Positions 1 to 14,200 of a stretch of 64,000 nt of DNA are shown piece by piece (within the stretch, counting starts at the first letter, position 1; every line of letters begins with the position of its first letter). The notes beneath the pieces were generated by a model that saw only the letters and a list, made by a program, of their open reading frames with translations, was not told the origin of the DNA and did no database searches. A program made the position numbers and the translations under genes. The stretch is from Raillietiella orientalis (lineage: Eukaryota). The stretch spans positions 1,922,001 to 1,986,000 of the forward strand of contig JAYWIR010000036.1 of the NCBI GenBank assembly GCA_036172245.1, read 5' to 3'.

Positions 1-94
1 ACGAGAGAAAGCACCCCAAAGATGAAGAAATGGGGAATCTGTTGGCGGTGCTCTGCGTTTCGACAAGGGTTTTGACTTTTTTGCCTTGCTTCAG

Positions 95-1668
95 ATCAAA
101 AGAACTCAGCAGGCAGATCCGTGATGAGCCTCGCATCCAGATGTGCACAGTGGCGGAACCATGGCAACAACCGGGTTCCCATCGTGCAGATGTGAGAGAA
201 TGGAACGTGCCGGTGGAGAGTGAGAAAGAGAATAATCCCGTGGAGAATGATTCCCCCCTTTCCCCCGAGTTCAGATCACGCGAGGGTACAGAAGGGAAAA
301 GGCAAATGGGAGGAGCGATTCCCTTCATTGCTCTCTGGCGGCTTTTGCATTTTGGTGGACAGGGCCGGTGGAGAATGCTGATTAAAAACTCTCAGGTTAA
401 AAACACCAAAAGATCATAAGAAATAACCACAGGTAGTCCTCGACTTACGAGCATGCGCACTCACAGCGGCGGCCATTTCTCTTGCTTCACTTTGCCCCCG
501 GTATATACGCAGTGTTGTCCCGGTGATCCTCCAATCCTCTCCTGATGCGGGTACCGCTCAATCTCCGATCTTGCTAGGGGAGTCGGTGGAAGGGATCCTT
601 CCAACTTATTACAGCTTTTGGCACGTTGGTTTTTCGTGAACGATCGAAGTGTCCATTACTCTCCATGCAATTTTTGCGTTTCATGGTAACGCTGCCATGT
701 CAAGTAAGGAAGGCAGCACCACTGATGAATGTTCGAGATTGATGAAATAGGCAAGGAAAGCTTTTAAGTTCAGATGTTTATGGATAAGACACGGATCACT
801 TCGTCAAAGTTGAAAAGCGAATTCGGGAAGCAATTCGATGTTATCACGAAATGTATGAAGGAAAAAGAAAACAACAACAACAAGAGACAACACGAACTAA
901 TTTGACCCATTTTTGATTTGTGTGCACTTATTTTTTTCTTACATGTTTCTTTCTTAATTTTATGCAGTTATGTGATTGCATATACGCTAATAAATAATTC
1001 ATAGATGCTCATGCAGGTGTATAGATTTTTTAACCATTTCAATTAACTTTAAGTGGTTAGAAAATGTATAAACCTGTCATGAAAACGTTCTGCTAGAAAT
1101 CAAATAAATCATGAACTTAAAAAAGTTAGCGACTTACGTCAGAACCCACTTATGATGGGGACGCTGGAACGGAACCCTATCGTAAGTCTTGGACTACCTG
1201 CATCGTGTACAGTAGTATATGTATTTATAGATGGAACACCATATTTTTCGAAGATTGTAAAAAACAAATCCCAATGTTCATTATCTAAATTTATAAGTAC
1301 ATTCACTCACAAAGTTATTTTGACATACGTATTTCTTAATACATATTATCAGAATAATTATTCATAAATAAATGATTAATTGAGTTATTATGTTTACTAT
1401 ATATTTGTATATGGATCTATGTACAGGGCACTATAAAGATGATAGAAAATGATACATACTTCCATTATACCTGCATATATCGATGGTTATGCACATTTAT
1501 GTTAATTAATGTAATTAATGATACATCTTAAACAATATATATATAAAATATGATAAGACACAAATACATGTGTTTTCTTATGTAGTGGCATGCATTTCTA
1601 CACACGGTAAATACGTATGGAACGAGTATATAAATATCGAGAAAGAAACGCGCCCATTCATGGAATGA
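95..1668 (+). CDS. Possible last two exons (95-285 and 1586-1668) of an unidentified host gene
   Basis: Pyrimidine tract plus CAG ending at 94, GT donor at 286, TTTTCTTATGTAG acceptor ending at 1585. Phases join to give ...SPEFRSRE-VACISTHGKYVWNEYINIEKETRPFME*. Both pieces and the stop are kept in copy B. No recognisable domain. Confidence 0.3.
430..1200. mobile_element. pogo/Tigger-like non-autonomous DNA transposon (MITE)
   Basis: TIRs CAGGTAGTCCTCGACTTACG (430-449) and CGTAAGTCTTGGACTACCTG (1181-1200), with subterminal GACTTACG/CACTTATG motifs. No transposase ORF. Absent from copy B. Confidence 0.85.
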
Positions 1669-4600
1669 TGCAGATGCTGAGAATGGGATCCGCCACTTCC
1701 TGCGGCAGCTTCACTCATGGAGGGCTGGAAATGAGGAAGATGAAAGACCAGAGTGGTTTCTTGGTTTTTCAAATTCCTTTTTTTTTTTTTTATCTTTTGT
1801 ACATTATTTTGAGCTCATCTCCTGGTTTTCGATTTTTTGCAATCCCATGTGGATATGTGCATAAATATATATTCATTATATAAATAGATATTAATAACAA
1901 ACATACATTTTTATTGAGTATATTCTTTAATACGCATATTAAGATATTAGCAAATACGATTAATTGTAACAAGAATTATGCATGTAAGGAAATAGTAATG
2001 AATATGTATGTTGAAATTAATTTGCATATTTATTTTTTATACATCTCCATACATATGAATATGCATTCACACTTATCTTTTATAATATATATGAAACCAT
2101 ATGTTGATATATATGTATTAGTATATATCGGAAAAGCGTGCATTTATTTTCGAGATCTTTCGGGGTTTTGATCTTTCTCAATTTCGGCATTCGGAACTGC
2201 GATGCAAACCGTTTCCATGTCATCCTGCAGCCCGAGGAAAGATGGAGTCGAGGCGCCACGAAGGCGCCACGACTCGGGTGAGGAGCTGTGGAAGGGAAGA
2301 GTGCTTGTGGCTCTCACGTCAGAAGCGTGCCAGACGTGAGGTGTGCACTTTCTTCCTCAATATCACGGCGGAGGTTTGCTGCACCACCCGACACCCCGCC
2401 TTGTCCGAAAGGAGTCAGTATGCGTCTGCCTCCGGCATTTTCGTGACTGTTGCTTTTCGATCTCGCGACGTGAGCGCGCGCTCCCTCGCGGGAAAGACAG
2501 ATTTTTCCTTGAGCATCCTACCTGTGCCAGCGAAAGGTGTACTTCAGGGATTGCGGGGGGGATAGCAGCCGGTTCACTGCATTCAGGAATACTGCTGGTT
2601 CATAGTAGCTATGCTGAGATGGAAGACCCAATCCAAAAAATCCATCGAAATGTTCAGGAATACCAGTAAATCTTTGAAGTGATTTCCTATATGCAGCAGT
2701 GATGGTGACAGCCCTGAGAGAAAGATTTCCAACCTGAAAGTACAGAAAGGGTGCATTCTCCAGCGAAAGAAATCGAAAAGTTCGGCATTTCCAGGTCAAA
2801 GCTGGAAATCTGCAGGGCGAGTTTCTCGGAGTTGAGGCGCACAAACGCGCATGCGCCGGCCCCATTCAGCCACCATCTCCAAGAAGGGAAACGGTTGCGC
2901 ACGTGGGGCCCGAGGCCACGGAAGTTGCGCGGTCATTCCGTTTTCGGGCTTTGACGTCTCGTCCACCTCAGATATCCGAGCACTCGGTGGCGCAATGGAA
3001 TCGGAAATTTCAATAGAGAATTTTGTAGACCCAGGAAGCACCAAGGAAGCAAAGAATCCAGCGGACCATTTCATTCTAGGAGCCCTGACGATGGCTCCTA
3101 GACTGAAGTCATCTGAATGAGAACAGAACTATCCCCAAGACATTCAAGTGGGTTTACTTGAATATTTTCTTTTCCCACGAAGTCCACGGATAAGCTATCT
3201 ACGAATCTTGAGTCATTTATCGGCTTGAAACTCTTTGAGTCAGAAACTTTATATCCACGAGTTTCACCTAAAACCAAACTCTGTTATTATTATGTTAATG
3301 AGAAAACAAGACTGTGAGTACCATCTTGGTCTTCATGTGGAGAGCTGTCGTCCATAATAACCAGGAATTCATACATCTCTGCGCTTAGAAGAAGGTACAC
3401 TGTTTTCTGGGGTTGTCCGATTTGCACCTTCACGTAGTTGTTCTGGAAGACAGAGAAGGAACCTCAGCAGTCAATGTTTGTGGTTCCCACACGCACTCAC
3501 ATAAAGTCTTCTGGAAAGTTCGCTTTGCACCCTTTCTCACGCACGCACATACGAGACATGGCGCAAGATATTCCCCTCGCGGTACCTTCATGATTCCTTT
3601 CCCACCCCTAAACCAGACAAGGGAACGGCCCCCGAATGGGTCATCCTCCACACGAAGATCACTGGATTTTCTATGATCTGCATCGGTGAGAAAGCCGTCC
3701 CGAAATTCCTTCCTGGGTGGCGCGACATCCTCTCAATGAGAGAGAGTGGACTGAATGCACCAAAGCGTCCACATAGCCACGTCGTTGTCCACGCTAGGGA
3801 CCATACTTTATTCTGCAAACAACACCCCTGCATTGGACGGCTGCTGCGAAGTCAAGGAATACCCCTCAGGCCACCATAGGACTCCACAACGGTTTCCATG
3901 AAACCGACGCACCCATATCGAAAGGGAAAACCGTGCGGTTGTCCCCAGCAACGACGGAATGTCGTCAAGGATGAAGCGCAAAGCCCACAATGTTTTCAAG
4001 TAGACTCCATCTAAATGGTGCTTTCGTGCGCTCATGTCGATAGCTATGAGGCTCCAAGATGGATACTTCCAAGCTTCCTCCAAGAGGGATACAGCTTGGA
4101 AGGCAACTCTGCTGTTGCAAGGACATGCAGCCCGGGAGCTGCATCGCCGCCAGAGCTCAAGCCGCGTATCTTTGAATCAAATGCACTCATACATCTACTC
4201 ACCGCGCCATCACTGAAGACGGGAATTTGAAATGTTTTGGACGCATCGTTTTCCCGGAGAGACTCCAGTAATGATGACTCTTTAAAGGACGTTCGCAGAT
4301 CAGGAAACCTGATAACGAAAGAAAGGAACAAATGCAGTTAGTTACGAAAATTGGCACTCTCTGCTAGAAGCGACCTCTCATGCAGGGCAAACAGGAAATG
4401 TTCTGCTCTGCAGGTTTCGGAAGTTTTCTGTTAAGAAGGAGGAAACGCGAATGCGTGCAGTGTAATTTCAAATCACAAAAAGGAACTTTCGACGCGAAAA
4501 CACTCATCCGGAGGGAAATCAGATTCGATTCTCGTGCAGTGGAGAAACAGAAGGTTTATTGACTTTTTTTCAGTGATGTTAGTTTACCCAGAAAAGTCTC

Positions 4601-7600
4601 CGGTCCATCGGGCCATCCTTGCCTACGGGGAAGGAAGCTGGACACTTGAAACCGGGAACGTTCTCTTGTCGTCCCTGCAAGCCGGCCGTGAAAAGTGCCA
4701 GAAAAAAAGATGAAAGACAGGAAGAAGGAAGCCCTTGCATCAGTGTGAAGACAGGAACATCAGGTGACGGCGAGGCACGCAGCTCATCTGATGCAGCATC
4801 TCAGTGGAGGCAGAAGGCACTCGTGCAGCATGAATACAGGATCGCTGTACCACGAATGATTCCGGAGAGAAGGGATACGAAAACTGAGCTCCAAATCATC
4901 CAAAATAGATAGATCAAACTTCTTATGAGGAGTTCAACCAAGTCGTTTGCCTTTTGCGAGCCGGGATCGGCAGCTCCGTTCCCATTTATCTTAGGGTATA
5001 CAATCCCTGGCTAAGAGGTTGTGCTCTCGACACGTGAGCCGTGCTTATCTGCTAGTTATAGGCAGCGAAATGTGGAAAGGAAAGACAGAAGGGTTTTTAC
5101 CAAAACATCCCATGAAGAGTGCACAACAAAAAATGGAATCAGAGCTGTACCTCGCGGCTTCTCCGAAGAAATAGCCAGCATGGGCCAAAAGGAATCCCAG
5201 AATGAACTTCATCTCAACTCTGCTGCTTGCTGAGCTCTTCCTGGAACGACAAACGAATGAGAATGCTGGTCAAGAGCTTTCGATTTGTCTGCTCAAACAG
5301 AAGCGTTTTGCCTAACGTAATGTGCAACCGCCTGGCAATCTTCCCAGAGGTGCCATCTTGCCCTTGAAAGTTTCACTGCACGAATGACTTCGGCTCCCAG
5401 CACGGGACAAGTTGCCTCCATCCGAACTTGCAGTTCACCTTGTTTCCGAATCTGCAACACTCCTCTCAGATGAGCGAAAGCGTCTTCGGGAATCGCGTCG
5501 TCTGCAGCGCCACCCGGAAGACTGCTCTGCTGGTACGCGCGAAAGAGGAAAGCATGCTGATCAGCCGGCGTGGGACGAACGGCGACACGGTGTCTAGCAT
5601 TGTGTGGCATTTTCCATCTCAACCCTGTGTCGGTGCCCTAATTCGACCAGCGACCTTGCAAGCGCTCCGTCAATTGCGGTTTCTCCGAAACAGAGCTTCT
5701 CTTGAGGACGGGATGTATTCCCGCTCTCTATGCGCAAATCAATAAAGAGGGAGCGACAGTTGGTGCGGAGACCCCCTGTCAAGAACACGATGTTTCGAGA
5801 TCGTTTTTGTAGATGAAGCTGACTGGGTCCATTTCCTCATTACTTTCACTGGCAGTGCACAAAAAATACCATCAGCCCGAGACCACAGATCCCTTTCTTA
5901 AAGCGATGCACCCTGTTTTGCGCACAGCACGCTTCCTGCTTATCCACCAAGCTCGATTTGCAGCGTTTCTTTCACCTGCGTCCACCTTCTTTTGCATGGT
6001 AGCCGCTGGAGGGAGTTGCTATGATTCGCACACGTGAATGCCGATCCCGCCATTTTGATTGAAACTCCTGGAAAAGTAGCGCAGTCCTCCATCTACCTTC
6101 ACACCGATGCAAAGTTGTGACTTCGCCTTGATGTTGCAATAAGTGGATGTTAGGTAACCACATGAAAGACTGACCGCAGTCATCATTTCTATTTCTTCGT
6201 GGAGTCTTGGATGATGCATCTTTAAGAGCAATGAAGTTCGGACCTTGCAACCGTGTTGGATTGTAGCGAATTCTCCAATCGCTCACTGCATGCCATCATA
6301 ATCAGCTGTTTGCTGTCGCTCTTTGCTTTGCCTCTAAATCTCTTTGCCTCTTGCGTCCCTTGTCAAGAACCAAAAGCAGAAGACTTGCATATATTTTTAC
6401 CTGAGACGAAATCCGCAGTTGGGAGTTTGGCCGAGAAGGGTTGTTGACAGCAGGAATCGCCCTGGACCAGATAAGCAGGATCCTCAGAAAACGCAGAAAG
6501 TCCTCAGACTGAGCACAGATAAACGCGAATGGTCGCTCTGAGGAAGAGGACCAGATGTGAGCTGAAGACGTGGACATCCGCCGTTTTGTCATCTATCTGC
6601 AGCTGGTAATATCAATGAGAACGCGGGGCTCGGGCGCCACGTTCTTTAGGTGCATTCATCTCGTGTAGGCAATTTTGTATTCTGATGGATTCATCTCCGG
6701 CGCTGCAATGCACGACTGTGAATTAAATTCTTGTCCAAGTGTCAAACCTCATTTCCCTAATTCCAAGTGACAATTAGGAATCATCTCAAGATACTGTTTG
6801 TGGATTTCTGGACTTTCATCATTCAGAGCCACGAATGGAAATTCGTTCAAAGTAGAGGTGAATGATGCCCTCAGTTTATGGACGAAGGCAGACAATTTCA
6901 ATCGCTCTCGAGCTTCTCAGCTCAGCAGCTTTCCTCAAAAGAGCATGCACACCTTGTGAGAGTAATTTTTCGTTCTGGATGCTCAAGGCTTGGATACACC
7001 TAAAGGAGATTGGGATATGTCGTGCTGGGAAATCAGACGCTGTCAGTTGAGATGCTGTGGCTGGACGCAGGTCTTTTCCATGTCTTAAGCAGCCGCGCAA
7101 AACCTCAAACGCAGTGTCGGTAACGAATTCTTCTCTGACCGTGGACGGAATTGCTGCAGGATTGCAGTTTCGGTCTAGAGCAGGTGATCGGTAGAGGAAG
7201 CAAGACAAGTGGTCCAGGACGGGAGGGTAGGAATTAAACCGTCGTCGCGCAAACCCGCGGAGCAAGCGAGCTCCAGTTTAAGGCTGCCAAACAAGTGACC
7301 ACAAGACGAAGTAAGAAAGCGACTCTCGCAAGCGATCTTATGTCGCAGGAATCGAGAAACTTCTCTCTCGTGAAAATCCCCGATCAGAGCGCAAGAAATG
7401 GCGTGCTGTGAGGACCCTCCGCTCTGCAGTCGGAGCGGCGCGCGTTCGTGGTGAGAGTGGAAGACGAGCCGCTAGTTTTCCAGAGGTAAATCCGGGAACT
7501 ACCTGCTCCCGAAGGATGCACGTGGCTTGCTGAAGTGTCACGGGACTGCAAGTGGACGACAAGAGCGAAGAGTCGCAGCCGACGTCCGCAAAATCTTCCG

Positions 7601-7953
7601 CCTGGCTCTCCTTGAATGGTCCATGGGATCTCGGCGAAGGATGCCGTTTTCACCCTATTCCTCTGAAGAGCGGATAGAGAGCAGGGTGTTGTGGAAGAGC
7701 GGTGGAGCTTCCGTGTCAAACCTGGGCGCCACTATTACGGAACCGAAGGGGGATTGACGTCACTAGCGGTATGAAATCTAAAGATACAACGAATTCAACA
7801 CGCAAAAGTCACGCAGTCAAAAAAAATGCAATGGAGGAAAACGTGTGAATCCTGGAGGGGAATAACTTTTTACAGTACTCCCAGGAGAACGTGCAGATGA
7901 CCTTCAGAAATGCGTACTACTGAATTCGAATAAACGAACAAGACACGACGGCA

Positions 7954-8250
7954 ATGCGGACGGTGAGGGTTTTGACCTGGTTACGAAGGGGCGTTTATTT
8001 GCCAGCAAGCAAACAAAATATGGGACTCTGTCAAAGAGACTACCTGAATCTGATGCTGCTCTTAATCTATATGGAAGCTGTGTCGGTGACCGTTGACCGA
8101 AACCTTCTTCGCCTCCAAGAAGTGACTGTCAGAGACGACGATCTGATCCACATAGCATATGCGGACGACCTTATCTTCCATTCGAAAGACTAGAAGGATA
8201 ATCCGCTTCGCGATCCGCAAAGTGAACCAGCCAGCGGCGAGACAAATCAT
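7954..8250 (+). mobile_element. Non-LTR retrotransposon RT fragment
   Basis: GLCQRDYLNLMLLLIYMEA...IHIAYADDLIF resembles a degenerate G.RQG..LSP.LF motif followed by YADD. Confidence 0.75.
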
Positions 8251-11200
8251 CTAAAGGAACGACCTCAGACCGGACACTCAGAAGAATCTCCTAACGTTTT
8301 ACCACAAAGGCATCCTTATGTGCTCTAGATGGGAACATTGGGCAGGTAACAGCTGAGATGAACTCTGCACAGCCTGTGGGAATGAACAAACAATCCCACG
8401 TTCCCACCTGACCGTCGCTTTCGAAGCGCAAGCAGCTTAGCGAACGAAGAGAGCGACTCACGGGAGTCGCTGTTCAGTCTCCCAAGTAATCAGCAGCCAC
8501 ACCCATCGGGAGTCACCCTTTCAAAGAATATATCTCCTTTCCGGGGAAGAAGCGGGATTTTCACCGCATCTTCCAAGGGGTGAGTGACCTTTCTTCGCGT
8601 CCAGTGAGGACGGTGCTGTTAAAAAAGAAAGCCCAAGGCAACTCCAGAGACAGAGCGATTCCCGTCACCGCAGCACTAGAAACGAACCAGTCGAGTCACA
8701 TGGAGACGAGCACAGTGTTTTTCACGGGAATGACGGAGGCCTCCATCGCCCTTTTGGCGACGGGGGCGACGTCGCTAGCTGTCAAGAGTTTTGTCGAGGA
8801 TGAGATGATGCAGGACCACTTCCACTCAGCCAACAGCAAGATTTCCGCAATCCGCGCAAAGCAGCCGGAGCACCACAGGGGTGTGTCTATTTTCCGTTCC
8901 ACAGGATTCCGTCGAGCGCCTCTCGTGCACTTCACGAAGCCCTTCCTCTTTTCCAGAGAGTTCGCATCCCTTGGAGATTTTTTCCCCCTTTCCACCTTCT
9001 CGTCGAAGGACAGTAGCGTCAGCTCGCATTCGCTGCGTCGAAACACAATGCCCTTGGAGTGTTTGCGAGGATGTTCTCCACAAGTCATTGTGTTCAAGGG
9101 CGTGAGCGAAAACACCGACCGATTCCTTAAAGTACCTACGCTGCTCTTCGGTGACACCCGACTTCCTCCCTACGAAAGGAAGATTTCCAAGATGGCTCCT
9201 GATGAATACACGCTCCCATGTGGTATTGCAATTTTTTCACCAGAGAAGCATAGTGGACAGCTTGTGCGCGTGCTGACTTCCGATCACTTCGAGAGCACTT
9301 CCTTTCGACAAGTCGTTCGAGAAGGTCAGTCTCAAAGATTCGAGAAAGTTGCACACAGAAAAAGAGCTTTTTCCTTTCTAATCGCCTTTACTAAATTGGA
9401 CACCCACAGCTTTGGACGCCTCAAATATGCGGCAAAGTTATACAGCAGAAACGTATCCTTAAGGTGAATCTAATGGCTGCCTTGTGAGACGATTACTGCT
9501 ACGATGCTGTCGCTATCTGGTGGCGGAAGCATGCATCCAAATTCCTTCAATGAAGAACGCTTCCACAGATTTCGTAAGCTCTTTGATAAGCTTTTTTTCT
9601 TTTTTTAATCTGGTCTTCTTAATATTTGATTCCTGGATGTGGCTACATTGCGCTAGATCGGATGCGTCCATCGAATCCTTGTGCTGAGCACAACCTACTC
9701 ACAAGAAAGAAAGCGACCACCTTAAAATGTTCGATGCTTAAAGCCAGTCCTTCATCCAGTTTCTTCATCTTCGCAGTGGGAAGAGCAACATTAAATAACT
9801 GCAGAAGCAGGGAAGCCTAGCTGAGAGTCATCATCAGATCGCCTTCGAATGACTTCTGGATGCACTGGAACGTCACAGGGTGCATCTCAAATTTTCCTCC
9901 TCGTCTTCATGTTCGGAGCTTCAGATACCCTCTGGACCTCCTTTCTCTCACCAACACGCACATACGGCCACGGAGCATTCGCCGCTGTTTCCTCCATGAT
10001 CAACCCTTCCTTGCCTGATGAAGATGATCAAGAAGACACGCAATCTGCGCTCCTGCTGTACCTACGGAGGAGCGCTGTTCGGTCGCGTTGATTATGCCCT
10101 CGTCAGCATGCAAACGAATTGCTTGTTTGCCGGAAGAACATGCGTACGGAACATTGCGTATTGGAGTCTAGAAGGGAACCATCATGTGCTCTTTACTAAT
10201 GTGGGGTGAAATGAAGAGAGGTTACGGAATCCAAGCATAATGTGTCCAAAGTTCCTTCAGAGCACTGTTGCAATACTCTCTGGACGAATCGAACCAATAG
10301 GAACAAGAAATTACCATCAGAGCTAAGGGAGCCACCTTTCCGTGCACGCATGCCATATCTCTTTCTACTGTTTCATACTGACAGCAGTGCCACCACCTGT
10401 ATGATTTGCAGTCTTTCTCCTGCTAGAAGGGCAGGCAAATTCAATTACATCCCATTGGAAGGTGAAGAAAGTGCAGTTTCCATGGAATGCAAGAAGCATT
10501 GGAGCCTTCGGAGGGTTCAGCGAAGAAGCACCCAAAGCATGAGCAGAATTGAGGAGGATTCACAACGGATGCAACCGTGCCTTCCGCCCTGCAATGGAGG
10601 CGCCCTGGAATCTTCCACTGAATGCACCGCGTCTCCTCTCATGGCAATGCACGGGACGACTTCTTGGGCGGTCAAGACTTCCTCATCGCTCTTGCTACGA
10701 AAAATTCCCAACTCTCTTCCTTTGGCAGCCTTTGATTTTGCTGACCGGTGCTGCCCCAGTCGCCATCTGTTGCCTCCTTTGTGCATTCCTCCTTTGTTCT
10801 TGCCTGTAGGGTAGCAGCTTCCCACTTCCACATTTGGCACTCAGACCAACATTATAGTGATGTAAGGCGATCCTATTCAAATCCATATCACTTGCAGCAC
10901 TCTACCGGATCCCTTCCGTCTTTCTTTGCTCTGTGTCCGCAGTTCCCGCATCAGTGCTTCAACCCAACGCTTCTTTCGCCTTATTTTTCCATAGGGCACG
11001 AATGTATGCAGACACGGACTGGCAATAACACAAAGCGAGCCTTTGCGGGTGCAAAGGGTCAACAACACCATTGCAAAATTCAGTGGCGTTTTCCGACTCG
11101 AGCTGCAGCTTCAAGTGTTTTAGTTGCGCGTTCCAGTGTGCACCTTGGTCATTTGCTGCATGGTGGATTTTGCTGTTTGCCAGAAAGCGCAGGGGCCATG

Positions 11201-14200
11201 AATATTTTCGGGTGTGACGCGCAAGGGAAGAAGGGACGTTTCCATGTGCGTGTCTTTCATGCTGCTGTCGAAAAGGACGCCAAGAAGGATTGCCCTGCCA
11301 GCGATTCTTTCAGTTTCGATTCCGTTTCGATCAGTCGCTGCTTCTTCATGGAAAACGCCATTTGTTGCTCTTCTGCGAGAAGAGCACTTGGGCAGATTAG
11401 CGCAAGTTCCTGAGTTGCTTCATTGACATTCATTGGAAGTTTCTGCTTGCCTAAGAAGTTGCTTCGAATCTCTAATTCGTTCCTCGTTAGTCCATGGAAA
11501 TTTTTCCAAAACAGACATCCTGTTAACCTTGAAAGCACTTGCCCAAGAGTGGCCAAAAGTGTCAAAAATGCAGATGTCACGCCCGCTCATGCCGTGAATT
11601 TCCACGAAGGACGGGAAAAGTTATTAAAGAAAACAACATGTGTCACTTCCATGCATCGCTTCTCACCTGTGAAATTCTGCATGATTGGCGGTCCCTTATG
11701 CTGTCGACACATCTTTGCACAGTGCTACAAGAAAAAAGGGCAGCAGTTTTCAAGGAAGATGGTGTGCATGAATTCATTTTAGATGAGCATCGCGTTAGGA
11801 GAGGTTTGGGGAAAACGTTGCTGCAAAGATCTTCTTTGTGGGTCGAATGAGGGGATTGGGATGGAAACAAATTGTTTCCATCCCAAAAGAGCGTTGAATT
11901 TTTTCCATTGGAGGAAAGACGGAAAGCGAAAGATTGACGCAACCGAAGGCTTCATGTGCCATGCGACCTGTCAGTGTGAAAGTTCTGTAAAACTGGTGGC
12001 GAACTCCATCATGTTTGAGTGCCTGTAGACCAGGTGACTTTGCAAGCAAATGAATCTCTTGGAATTCTGCTTAGTGCATTATCTTCCTTGCATCTGATGC
12101 AAAATGCGGGTGCTCACACCTTAAAGATCACCATGAAGGAGATCATGACAATGACAAAACGATTTCGTGAGGAACTGAATAACATCGTGCTAGAAACGAA
12201 AACATCGGATGCGATTTCTCTTCTTCCTCTGAAATGAGTGACAACCATTTCGGTGTATATTCCATGAGGCATGGAGCAGCAAAGCTCTCATTTTGTTTCT
12301 GCTTCCTCATGAAATGACGATTACCAAGAGTCAAGGAGAGATGGGTTTGAGTATGTCCACTCGCATGGTACGGAAGTGTGCAGTTCACGAGATCGCTGGG
12401 TCTGATGCCCCGCATCTTCGAGACAAATTCTGCTGTCAGAGGTAGGAAATGCGGAATGGGGGGCCGGCAATCTTCCTTCGTTTCGGTTTCTCAGAATGGA
12501 TTTCTGTTTCTACATCATGAGTTCCGATGCTTGAACGCAGGTCGTCTTTGAGAAGGAGGCTCTTTTGCTCACCGAAGGCAATCCCATCGCATTTTTCGTG
12601 ATTTGATATCACGCGTGCTTCGTGGTCTTTTCTCTGACCTGAGGCGCTCTTCCCACATTCTTCGGTCATTTGTCATCAGGATGAGTGCTTCATTTGATCT
12701 CTGGGATTGCTCCCGGGGATGCCAAGGGCTCTCAAATGTTCCCACAGGCGGTGGAGGACAACCCAGTCAGGAAGTAAATGCAGGGAAATTTCTCTTTCTC
12801 CGCAACCATCACATTCCACACTCGCACTGCTCAGGGTCCATTGTGAATGAAGCACTTGGCACTCGCCGATGCTACCGTAGCAACGCCGATTTCTGCCACT
12901 TAAGAGGGAAAGTGCGGCTATTCTACAACAGTCAGGACCAAATCAGGGATTCGCTGAAAATTCCGAGCAGTACTCATCATCGTCAGGGAACACATTGGGC
13001 AGAGCATTTGGAAATGCAGTGTCTATTGCATCCCGTGTTCTCCAAACTCAGAGAAGATTCCTCTCTGCTGAGAAGCCGCAGGTCACTTAGGGACAGCAAG
13101 CCTTTAGCTAGGCTCCCATCACGTAGGACGACTTTTTAAAGGAATTACAAAGGAATCTCAGAACAATTTGTAACGCTCTTAAGTAAGGTGTGGGTGAAAA
13201 ACACGGGGCGCAGAATGGTGGCCACAAACGCGTTGCACATGACAACCCGTTCCGGCAAGAGGGGCCTCCCATTCTGGAACGGGTCCAGCTCCCACAACCT
13301 TTTCTGCAGACAGCTCCACTACGCCTTTGCAGCAAAGCAATCCCCTGACACTTCTCCATGCTTGGCAATACAGAACTACTTGTAACACTTCTTGTCTCCC
13401 TTGACTGACCGCTTCCGTGCAAACGGAAACCAACAAACTCTGCACGAGGGCGGCTTCAGAGGAAAGGCGACTTTGTGAGTGGGCGCGCCGGTAGTCTATT
13501 TCTCCTGCACCGCCTTCCATGTTCCCCGACTTCGATCTACGAAAGGCACTCTATTTTCCGAGGTGGTTCGGGCGGGAGCAGGGTTTTCACCACAGACTGC
13601 TCCCGGGCGCCTTCATGCTTCCATTGACGCTCCAACAGACTAAGAAGAGATGATGAGTCTCGATGAGGCTCCCGGAGTACGAATTCGATGTACGAATTGT
13701 CGAGTCCACTACAGGCGCATGGCTTCCCAGCCACTCTGAAAGTTTTTCAAATTCTGTGCGCTTTTACTGCCTGGTGTTCCCATTTTCTCTCAAATGATCT
13801 TCCGGAGAGCAGTCATGGAAACCACGGGACGGGAGAAATGCACATAATGTTTCACGAAAGATATCCCTGCAGGTTGCCTAGAGAATTTCGTCTCGAGCGA
13901 AGGGATTCGCACAATGTTCATCACAGAACCAATAAGCTCTTTTATCCCACATTAGGGATTGCTTTTAGAAGACGTTCAATCAATCCCTATCCCTAAACGA
14001 AATGACGTTTGGGTATAGAAGGCAACATAAAACGTTCACGATCTCTGTCTGAGCCCACCCTCTGCGCTCAAACCGAGAGTTAAAACCTTCCCTATAAAAG
14101 ATAGCTCACATCTCACCTATCACCTCCCTCAAAAATATCCGTCTCGACATGACTAAAAGTGCATAGATTTCTCACGAAGTGGAGCATGAGGCTGCGAGAC

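Larger units (their letters stand above)
1..12030 (+). repeat. Segmental duplication, copy A (paralogous to 54558-64000)
   Basis: Position 1 aligns with 54558. Near-identical tracts: 1-~370/54558-~54930, ~1500-1770/~55305-55575, ~3560-3880/~56980-57300, 5362-6085/58203-58926. Diverged but collinear tracts continue (e.g. 11450-11540 vs 63342-63430). Confidence 0.95.

Noticed and set aside
5150..5213. Signal-peptide-like MKFILGFLLAHAGYFFGEAAR followed by GT on the minus strand, kept in copy B
   Set aside because: I could not join it to a convincing downstream exon; left uncalled.
8580..9467. 295-aa plus-strand ORF
   Set aside because: GTG start, no recognisable motif, and no counterpart seen in the duplicate.
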